Part shown: piece by piece, positions 20,161 through 28,054 of the stretch
How the letters are laid out: every line of letters begins with the position of its first letter
Position numbering within the stretch: the stretch's first letter is position 1
NCBI GenBank assembly: GCA_964394505.1
Contig: CAYMXR010000001.1
Coordinates: 9,878-73,877 of the forward strand
Direction of reading: 5' to 3'
Length of the DNA stretch: 64,000 nt
From: an uncultured Candidatus Saccharibacteria bacterium
GTDB taxonomy: Bacteria > Patescibacteriota > Minisyncoccia > Phycocordibacterales > PALSA-1337
Program-made: the position numbers and the translations under genes
The notes under the pieces: model-generated
Seen by the model: the letters and a program-made list of their open reading frames with translations, nothing else
What the model was told of the DNA's origin: nothing
Databases searched by the model: none

Positions 20161-20182
20161 ATAACAGAACTATCCTAGCACA

Positions 20183-20563
20183 TTACAAAATAATATTCTC
20201 TATCATCCTCACTTTTGCTTTTTTTGTCTCAAAATTGAGGTACACGCATATTACATGAAAAGCGAACTCAATTTCAAGTCCTTTATCATTTTCATCAAAA
20301 TAAGTTTGAACCATCTTGCGTATTTGCCTGATTTTCCAATTATCCACATTCTCTTCTGGTTTATGTCCATTGATAACAGTCGGACAATTGGAGACACTTT
20401 TGACTTCAATAAAGTGAATGAGACTGTCTTTGTTGGCGATAATGTCTATTTCACCCCATCTTTTCCTATAGTTTCTAGTTTCAATACAAAAACCATTTTT
20501 AACTAGATATTCACAGGCTATTCTTTCTCCAATTTCCCCTATTTTGCGTGTATTTTTGGTCAT
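20183..20563 (-). CDS. yraN: YraN-family (UPF0102) putative endonuclease
   Basis: GEIGERIACEYL, RNYRKRWGEIDIIA, FIEVK. Confidence 0.9.
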   Translation of the reverse strand: MTKNTRKIGEIGERIACEYLVKNGFCIETRNYRKRWGEIDIIANKDSLIHFIEVKSVSNCPTVINGHKPEENVDNWKIRQIRKMVQTYFDENDKGLEIEFAFHVICVYLNFETKKAKVRMIENIIL

Positions 20564-20746
20564 TTTTAACGCATTTAAGCCATTAAAGTCGTCTTTTATT
20601 CACATAATCCCCAAGCTTATCCACAGTTGTCCATTACGAAATACTATTTTGAGCCATATATTACAGACAACAACTTTTCTTGTAGATAATAGAAAAATTC
20701 AAAATTGCAGAGCCACAATAGGCTTTCTTTGAGACTAACTTCCCTG

Positions 20747-20817
20747 TGCGGGTAGGGAGAATCGAACTCCCACCTCGTCCTTGGCAAGGACGCGTCCTAC
20801 CACTAAACGATACCCGC
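20747..20817 (-). tRNA. tRNA-Gly(GCC)
   Basis: GCGGGTA acceptor; CGTCC-TTGCCAA-GGACG; AGTTCGATT. Confidence 0.95.
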
Positions 20818-21063
20818 CTACGCAAATTTAGACCTCCGGTCTAAATTCGCTACGGCGGGCAAGCCCGCTTTGTCCGTAGTAATCTAGAACGAATTAATTG
20901 CCTAAATAAGCAACAAAAGAAGTATACCGTAATAATATTTTTTTACAAATCTAAATGTGCTGGCACTACTACACTCCTCGCAAGCTCAGCGCTACGAAGT
21001 GCTGGCACTACGAAGCCCTACATCGCGCACCAGCACACTGGTGCGCGATTGCGGGCGAAGTAG

Positions 21064-21135
21064 TGCCCTCGGAGGGACTCGAACCCCCAACAGCGGTTCC
21101 GAAGACCGATGTGATATCCATTTCACCACGAGGGC
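21064..21135 (-). tRNA. tRNA-Arg(TCG)
   Basis: GCCCTCG acceptor; anticodon loop CTTCGGA; GGTTCGAGTCC. Confidence 0.93.
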
Positions 21136-21806
21136 GCATTACCATAATACTGTATTAATAGCTTTTGCCAAGCTCTCATAAGCCTAAAAACATAAACATC
21201 TGCAACACTTAATCCCATACAGCCCTTATAATCAGGGTTTTTCTTGACAGTATGCTTGGTCGGTTTGTATATAGTTTTCATGAAAAGACCTGGCTCTAAG
21301 CCCAATTTACCTGCCCAAAATAATTCAATATTTTCATATCCAGGAACTTTGTGAATAAAAAGTCTGCATTTTATTCTTGCTTTTTCTATTTTCAAAAATT
21401 TTTGAACCCAATTGTGCATAAAGATGACCATGTCCGGATCAGAGTTAACAAATTGGAAAACACTGTGCTTCTTGGCCCCTTCGGCCCAATACAATGCGAT
21501 ACCAATCAAAAAACGCTGATCTTTCATATTATCCGCAAAAATCCTCTTTGCATCTTCAAAAGCTACAATCTCCCTAGCAAGTCTTTTTTGCCTGTTTGTA
21601 GCCGACGATTTTATTATTCCAGCTCCCCTAGTTCCAACCATTTTCGAAGCTATCCTTTCTTTTTCTTCAGTGGTAAGTACCAAATCTTTGAACCAATATG
21701 AAAGCAAACCCTTTGAAACTGGTACGATTTTGGCTATTTCAGAGTAAGTCATACCCTGTTTTCGTAGCTCTATTGCTTGATTTTTATCCATTAACCTAGC
21801 TGTCAT
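21123..21806 (-). CDS. HTH + LAGLIDADG-like hypothetical protein overlapping tRNA-Arg
   Basis: N-terminal HTH (LRKQGMTYSEIAKIVPVSKGLLSYWF); LIGIALYWAEG helix; FVNSDP. Confidence 0.7.
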   Translation of the reverse strand: MTARLMDKNQAIELRKQGMTYSEIAKIVPVSKGLLSYWFKDLVLTTEEKERIASKMVGTRGAGIIKSSATNRQKRLAREIVAFEDAKRIFADNMKDQRFLIGIALYWAEGAKKHSVFQFVNSDPDMVIFMHNWVQKFLKIEKARIKCRLFIHKVPGYENIELFWAGKLGLEPGLFMKTIYKPTKHTVKKNPDYKGCMGLSVADVYVFRLMRAWQKLLIQYYGNAPSW

Positions 21807-21931
21807 GTTATATAACCATATTACTATGTTTAATTTGTGAAATCAAGCTACAATGTTACACGTGAAAGTACCAAAATGAGCCAAAATACGAACCTCTATG
21901 ATAAAAGCTCGAACTATTGTAGAATCATGGA

Positions 21932-23416
21932 ATGAAGGAAACAAATCAAGCATTGCCAAATGAAGTCATAAAAGCTGTCGAAACGCTGGAAAAGGCTGGT
22001 TTTGAAGCATATCTAGTTGGTGGCTGTGTCCGTGACATTCTCCTTGGCAGAAAACCAAAAGATTGGGACATAACGACAAATGCCACACCAGACAAAATTC
22101 AATCAATATTTCCAAAAACCGTATACGAAAATACATTTGGTACCGTTGCCATAATAGACGAAAACACTACTGATCCAACTTTAAAAAGTATTGAGGTGAC
22201 ACCATACAGAACCGAATCAGCATACTCAGATAGAAGACATCCTGATGAAGTAAAATTCAGCGACAAGCTAGAAGACGATTTAAAGCGACGAGACTTTACA
22301 GTCAATGCAATTGCTATAAATCTGTCTAATGGGGCAATAAAGGACATTATAGACCTCTACGATGGCATTAAAGACATTAAGTCTAAAACAATAAGGACAG
22401 TCGGAAAGCCTGAGGATAGATTCAATGAGGACGCTCTTCGAATGATGCGCGCTATTAGACTAGCTGTCGAGCTTGGTTTCACGTGTAATCCTGAGACGAT
22501 CTTGGCTATACAGAGCCATAATTTTTTAATGAAGGATGTATCAATCGAAAGAATTAGAGATGAGTTTACTAAGATAATTGTGTCTAGCAACCCAAAATTG
22601 GGGATTGAAATGCTTCGGAATGTAGGTTTACTTAAGCATATCGTTCCGGAATTAGAATCTGGTATGGGTGTAAAACAGCCACAAGCACATATGTACGATG
22701 TTTGGGAACATCTTTTGCGTACCCTTCAACATTCAGCTGATAAGGGTTATGACCTGGAAATGCGACTTTCGGCGCTATTTCATGATATAGGTAAGCCAAA
22801 AACAAAGGACTTTTCACGTGAGACAAATCAACCCACCTTTTATGGCCATGAAGTGGTTGGTTCACGTGAAACACGCAAAATTCTTGAAAGAATGAAGTTT
22901 TCACGTGCAACAATAGAGAAAGTTACGAAATTAGTGCGTTGGCACATGTTTTTTGCTGATCCTGAGCAAATTAGCCTTGCAGGAGTAAGGAGAATGGTTG
23001 CAAATGTTGGGGCAGATAATATCTGGAATCTCATGAACCTCCGAATGTGTGATCGCATAGGGACAGGTAGACCAGTAGAAGATCCTTATAGGCTAAGAAA
23101 ATATAAAGCTATGATAGAGGAAGCTGTGCGGGCTCCTATATCTGTGAAAATGCTTAAAATTGACGGTGCTAAGATAATGGAGTTAACCAAGATTGCTCCC
23201 GGACCAAAAGTCGGAATGATCCTAAACGCCCTCATGGATGAAGTATTAGAAAATCCGGAATTAAATACAGAAGATTACTTGGAGAAAAAATCTCTAAAAC
23301 TTATTTCATTATCCGAAAATGAATTAATTGAACTTGCTCAAAAAGGGAAGATAAAAAAAGATGAAGCTGAGGATGAAAAAATAAAAGAAATTAGAAAGAA
23401 ACATAATGTGAGATAG
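21932..23416 (+). CDS. cca: CCA tRNA nucleotidyltransferase with HD domain
   Basis: YLVGGCVRD, DWDIT, RRDFTVNA, EDALRMMRAIR, LFHDIGKP. Confidence 0.93.
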   Translation: MKETNQALPNEVIKAVETLEKAGFEAYLVGGCVRDILLGRKPKDWDITTNATPDKIQSIFPKTVYENTFGTVAIIDENTTDPTLKSIEVTPYRTESAYSDRRHPDEVKFSDKLEDDLKRRDFTVNAIAINLSNGAIKDIIDLYDGIKDIKSKTIRTVGKPEDRFNEDALRMMRAIRLAVELGFTCNPETILAIQSHNFLMKDVSIERIRDEFTKIIVSSNPKLGIEMLRNVGLLKHIVPELESGMGVKQPQAHMYDVWEHLLRTLQHSADKGYDLEMRLSALFHDIGKPKTKDFSRETNQPTFYGHEVVGSRETRKILERMKFSRATIEKVTKLVRWHMFFADPEQISLAGVRRMVANVGADNIWNLMNLRMCDRIGTGRPVEDPYRLRKYKAMIEEAVRAPISVKMLKIDGAKIMELTKIAPGPKVGMILNALMDEVLENPELNTEDYLEKKSLKLISLSENELIELAQKGKIKKDEAEDEKIKEIRKKHNVR

Positions 23417-23524
23417 GAAGTTAGCTATATTTGTAGCCATATACTACTATCGGACATAACATCATCTAGTTATCCACATAATGTCCTTTACACATTTTTG
23501 TATAAGACATAAAATAGTATAAGA

Positions 23525-23990
23525 CCAGTTTGTCATCCGAGGAGATCGCAGAAATTTGTAAGAGAAAAAATATTTGTATTAAAAAATTAAATTCAAATAA
23601 TTTTTTAATTTCATTTACAGATTTCTGCGATCGAGGCAGACTATGTTCTTTATAAAAGTAAGGTAGGCTTCTACTCCTAGTTCGAGTGTGAAGTCGTCTC
23701 GAAACAATTTAGTTTTTGTGTTGACCCTCGTTTGCTTAGGCAAATGACGATGCGCTTGTTCTCACTTTTATTTTAGGCGCCCCCGTGGCGACCATTTAGT
23801 ACGACAACAGTGCGCACCGTCACCTAATGAGGAGACGTCCGGTCAATTTCGGATCCAACTTTTCGGATCCGCGGGTCCAAAAAACCCATTGTTCTTTAGT
23901 TTGTTAGCGTGAAGTCCGCGTTTCGAGAGGACTTAAAAAGCCGCGTGCACCTGTTCTCTCTGAACTGCGTATCACGCGGTTTTCTTTTTG
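23525..23990 (+). ncRNA. Candidate large structured ncRNA
   Basis: No credible ORF; at least 8 helices; ends in a stem plus T tract. Confidence 0.5.
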
Positions 23991-24075
23991 GTTAATTTGA
24001 GACTCACAAAAATAGGCAATGCGTGTGCATTTATCATATACAATCATGTATACAGTGTAAGTAGTGCCTCCACTT

Positions 24076-24870
24076 CTACCCCATCTCCAAATAAATAGGG
24101 CAGTGGTCACTTCCCATTACACTATCCAAAATTTTAGTACTCTTAACTTTTTTCAAGACACCATCAGTTACAAAGAAATAATCTATTCTCCAACCAACAT
24201 TACGATCGCGGGCAAAGGTTTTCATGTCCCAATAAGTGAATTTACCAGTCTCATCTGGATGCAAATGGCGAAAAACATCGGTATAGCCAGCAGAGACAAC
24301 TTTGTCTAACCAGGCGCGCTCGATAGGGAGAAAGCCGGTATTATCAACATTTTCTTTTGGTCGAGCGAGGTCTATCTCGGTATGAGCGGTATTAATATCT
24401 CCACAAAATATAACTTCATAGCCGTCTTTGCGTAAATTATTTACATATTCCAAAAAATGATCGTAATATTCTAACTTGAACTTCAATCTTTCCGGACCAC
24501 CTCCGCCGTTAGGGAAGTAGACGTTGAGTAGAACAAATTTACCCAATTTATTATCAAAAGCATTTTCATCATAAAATAAAGCCAAAAATCTACCTTCTTG
24601 GTCATATTCATGTTTTCCTAAACCATATTCTACCTTTAAGGGTTTTGCCTTCGAATATACCGCGACACCACTATAACCTTTGCGACCTTTGGAATGATCG
24701 AAATATGAATAGTAGCCAACAGGATTGCGTACACCGTCTTCTAGTTGTTCTGCTTCGGCTTTGACCTCCTGTATACAGTAGATATCCGGCGACTCGCTCA
24801 AAAACCAATCAAAACCACCTTTTTTAATGTTGGCTCGAAAGCCGTTTACGTTCCAGGAAATAATGCGCAT
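24076..24870 (-). CDS. xth: Exodeoxyribonuclease III
   Basis: ISWNVNG, CIQEVK, GDINTAH, GWRIDY, GSDHCP. Confidence 0.97.
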   Translation of the reverse strand: MRIISWNVNGFRANIKKGGFDWFLSESPDIYCIQEVKAEAEQLEDGVRNPVGYYSYFDHSKGRKGYSGVAVYSKAKPLKVEYGLGKHEYDQEGRFLALFYDENAFDNKLGKFVLLNVYFPNGGGGPERLKFKLEYYDHFLEYVNNLRKDGYEVIFCGDINTAHTEIDLARPKENVDNTGFLPIERAWLDKVVSAGYTDVFRHLHPDETGKFTYWDMKTFARDRNVGWRIDYFFVTDGVLKKVKSTKILDSVMGSDHCPIYLEMG

Positions 24871-24959
24871 TAGATTAGTATAACAGATTCCCCGAAGAGA
24901 TTTATCTCGACTTGTCCTGAGTTATTCAAAGGAATTTTTATCAAAACAAGCCTCAATAA

Positions 24960-25880
24960 TTAGCCACGCTTCTTCCCATGAAACATTTTATGGACCTTTC
25001 GGAGTTCCGCATCAGTCACATGAGTATATATTTGCGTTGTATTTATATTGGAGTGACCAAGCAGCATCTGGACCGAACGAAGATCAGCGCCGTTGGAGAG
25101 TAGGTCGGTGGCGAACAGATGCCTCAAAACGTGAGGCGTAACCTTTTTAGAAATACCGGCTTTGATGGCACAGTATTTGATAATCCTCTCAACCGAGCGC
25201 GGATCGAGAGCTAGATCGCCATTCTTGGCGCTTTCCCGACTTAACCTGATAAATAAGGCGTCATCTACATCTACTCTCTTGTCCAGATATTCTTTTATAG
25301 CTTTCTTTGCTTCAGAAGAGAGAAATACGACACGGATTTTTTCTCCCTTACCTCGAATAGAGAATTCATCTGCATCAAGATCTAGATCACGCGATAGGGA
25401 ACAGAGTTCTGAGACACGCAATCCTGTTGAAAAAAGTAACTCTAGTATGGCTTTATCTCTTAATGATTTCAGGTCTTTGCCATCCGAGGAAGCAAGCAGT
25501 CTTTTTAATTCTTCTCCAGAAATAAGATCCAAATGCCTCTCTCCAACTTTGGCTAGCTCTATATGCTCTGGTGAAAGAGACTTGACCCCTCTCTTTACTA
25601 GGAATTTCAAAAATGCCCTAAGAGCAATCAGGTAATAATTCTGAGTTTTCTTTTTCAGAGTCTTGCTGTCAGGATTTTTACCGCTTGGCTGACGGTTCAA
25701 CCATAGATGAAACTCTCGCACCATTCTATCTGTTATATCTTCGGCTCTTTTTAGCTTGGAATAATCTATAAATCGAGTCAAATAGTGATCATAGTTCCGC
25801 ACCGTAAGCAGAGAACGGCCTTTTTCGATCTCTATATATTCAAGAAACTGTTGTTTTAGATCATGAAGATTTTGCGACAT
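24960..25880 (-). CDS. Xer-type tyrosine recombinase
   Basis: TGLRVSEL, GKGEKIR, TPHVLRHLFATDLL, LLGHS..TTQIYTH. Confidence 0.93.
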   Translation of the reverse strand: MSQNLHDLKQQFLEYIEIEKGRSLLTVRNYDHYLTRFIDYSKLKRAEDITDRMVREFHLWLNRQPSGKNPDSKTLKKKTQNYYLIALRAFLKFLVKRGVKSLSPEHIELAKVGERHLDLISGEELKRLLASSDGKDLKSLRDKAILELLFSTGLRVSELCSLSRDLDLDADEFSIRGKGEKIRVVFLSSEAKKAIKEYLDKRVDVDDALFIRLSRESAKNGDLALDPRSVERIIKYCAIKAGISKKVTPHVLRHLFATDLLSNGADLRSVQMLLGHSNINTTQIYTHVTDAELRKVHKMFHGKKRG

Positions 25881-25943
25881 ACCTCTATTGTAAGCCTAAA
25901 GCCGTCCTTGCGCCAATTTTCCATTCATGCTATGATGATGCCC

Positions 25944-26210
25944 ATGTTAACACCACGACAAAAGGTCAAAATAATCAAAGAAACCGGCATCCACGAAAAG
26001 GACAGTGGTTCTTCTGAGGTTCAAGTTGCCCTTCTTACAAAAAGAATTGATGAATTGACTGATCATCTCCGCAAACACCGCAAAGACAATCACTCCAGAC
26101 GCGGTCTTCTAGGCATGGTAGCAAATCGCCAGACACATTTGGTCTATCTCAAGAAAAATCACCCTCGACGCTATTCTACTATCATCAAGAAGTTGGATCT
26201 AAAGAAATAG
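25944..26210 (+). CDS. rpsO: 30S ribosomal protein S15
   Basis: DSGSSEVQVALLT, KDNHSRRGLL. Confidence 0.97.
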   Translation: MLTPRQKVKIIKETGIHEKDSGSSEVQVALLTKRIDELTDHLRKHRKDNHSRRGLLGMVANRQTHLVYLKKNHPRRYSTIIKKLDLKK

Positions 26211-26220
26211 TTACCCAGTA

Positions 26221-26350
26221 GTTCTCCGCGAAAGAATATCTCTCTCACAAAAATCCTGCGTATCCCGAGGAACTCCTCACTCCTTTGGTCGTTCGTCGCT
26301 CGGGAGAAATACTCGGATTTTCATGAGAGAGATATTCTTTCACTTCGAAC
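26221..26350. repeat. Long imperfect inverted repeat (MITE/REPIN-like) after rpsO
   Basis: gaaagaatatctctctca...tgagagagatattctttc arms with nested cccga..tcggg. Confidence 0.75.
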
Positions 26351-26411
26351 TATTTAGGGTATAATAATAGAAGAGGAAGCATTTTAATAAAATTAGTAAC
26401 GTAACATTTTC

Positions 26412-26933
26412 ATGTCAATAATTAAACACAAGGAGCAAAGGGTAGGCGTCTTTATCGATGCCCAAAACCTTTATCATAGCGGTAAAAATCTATATCATTC
26501 AAAAGTAAACTTCGGCCAAATAGTCAAAGACTCACTGGACGGTCGCAAACTAGTGCGTGCCGTAGCATATGTAATCTCGACAGAATCGGGCGAAGAAAAT
26601 GCTTTCTTTGATGCTTTAACAAAGATGGGCATTGAGACCAAAGTCAAAGATCTTCAAGTCTTCAGTTCTGGTGCAAAAAAGGCGGACTGGGATGTCGGAC
26701 TAGCTATAGATGCGGTCAAATTATCACCAAAACTAGACTCGGTTATCTTGATAACGGGGGACGGTGACTTCGTGCCATTGGTAGAATATCTTCAGATGAA
26801 TCAAGGTTGCCAAGTTGAGGTAGTATCTTTCGGCAAATCCACATCTGCAAAGCTGATAGAATCCGCCGACAACTTCATGGATCTAGATGAAAGTCCAAAT
26901 AAATACCTACTCAGAGCAGGAGGGAAGAAGTAA
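26412..26933 (+). CDS. NYN (LabA/DUF88) domain protein
   Basis: VFIDAQNLY, KADWDVGLAID, TGDGDFVPL. Confidence 0.92.
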   Translation: MSIIKHKEQRVGVFIDAQNLYHSGKNLYHSKVNFGQIVKDSLDGRKLVRAVAYVISTESGEENAFFDALTKMGIETKVKDLQVFSSGAKKADWDVGLAIDAVKLSPKLDSVILITGDGDFVPLVEYLQMNQGCQVEVVSFGKSTSAKLIESADNFMDLDESPNKYLLRAGGKK

Positions 26934-27045
26934 TCTCCTTGAGGTTTCTCTCGATAAACACTCGAGATAAATAAACTCAAGGAACAAAAAAGCGCCTTTC
27001 ACCCGGAGGTTACTTGGCGCGGTCCACTAAATGGAGCCGGTAGGC

Positions 27046-27669
27046 TCAGCTTCTGGAACAGTAATGAACCGAGGAATCGGCCTGTGGGTCATGAGTCCCA
27101 AATGTGAATGGCGTCGTCAATTCATCATAACCCTTGATCGACGGAAACAATCTCTGCATCTGTTCGTGCCGTCTCCGCCATTTGGCAAAGAGGTCACGAG
27201 CCTTTATGGGATCCTTCTCCTGAATAGCGCAGATTGCCTCTAATTCAGAAACCAAGGCTTTCTCGATCGCCTTCTCAACGTCGTCGAGCGCGCTCCAGTC
27301 TTCAAACTGTCTTCCGGTGACGCTTTCGACATACTGGATCGCTTCGATGAAGTCGACCGCGTTCTGCCAGTACTCAGAGCGACCGGCGAACGGCCAGGAA
27401 AACAGCCAAGTAATGACGGCACAGACCACCACAAACAGACCAACTATGACCCATGCCATTACAGACCATGATGTATTCACAAAAACTCCAAAGGCGGCAA
27501 AGGAGTAGCCGAATACGACGAAGGAAATCACCGCCACCAAAGCCACAAGCCACCGAGCTCCGCTCTTCGCTCTTTCATGAAGAAATACGGCTTCAACCAA
27601 ATCGTCGATCTCTGTCGGGTTCCAATCCGCATTAGAACCATAGGCAATTATTCTTCTTGCAAGTTTCAT
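27046..27669 (-). CDS. Orphan 2-TM membrane protein (GC-richer cassette)
   Basis: GAGGAGG SD; two TM helices; own TTGACA promoter and terminator. Confidence 0.7.
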   Translation of the reverse strand: MKLARRIIAYGSNADWNPTEIDDLVEAVFLHERAKSGARWLVALVAVISFVVFGYSFAAFGVFVNTSWSVMAWVIVGLFVVVCAVITWLFSWPFAGRSEYWQNAVDFIEAIQYVESVTGRQFEDWSALDDVEKAIEKALVSELEAICAIQEKDPIKARDLFAKWRRRHEQMQRLFPSIKGYDELTTPFTFGTHDPQADSSVHYCSRS

Positions 27670-28054
27670 AAAACCACCTCCTCAATACCCCAATTCACAA
27701 TGCCAGGCTTTCAGGCGGACACATCGGTTTCAACCGACACGTCGTTACAAGCAAAGAGATGGGTAGGGGAAATTTACGCACATCTAGTGTGAAATTACAT
27801 CTAATAATGGTGTCTGTCAAGTTCAATTAAAATCACGGGCGTGTTAAATTGGTATTGCTTGGCGATGTCGCTTGTCTCGAGTTTATCGAGAGAGACCTCG
27901 CCCGAAGCACCTTATCAATTAATACTCACCCCCAGATACACAGGTTTTTGTGGCAAATTTTTGCAAAGCGTTTCAAAAACAAAATTTGCAATCTGTAATC
28001 TCGGGATGAGTTTCGCTTCCGGCGAGGTCGGACCTCGCCGGAAACAACAAAAAA

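Noticed and set aside
23829-23846. RNase P RNA (GAGGAGACGTCCGG resembles GAGGAAAGUCCGG)
   Set aside because: No downstream ACAGAA..CGGCUUA partner for P4; the segment pairs locally instead
23630-23860. Group I intron on the minus strand (AAGAACATAGTCT and ACGACTT resemble P7; TTGACC/GGTCAA resembles P4)
   Set aside because: No convincing P3 pairing in the right order, no interrupted host gene, and wobble pairs mostly favour the + strand
23904-24110. 68-aa minus-strand ORF
   Set aside because: Overlaps xth and a terminator-like stem; no recognisable motif
24960-25880. Tyrosine recombinase as an integron or prophage integrase
   Set aside because: XerC/D-like size, housekeeping neighbours, no IntI insertion patch, no attC array or phage genes
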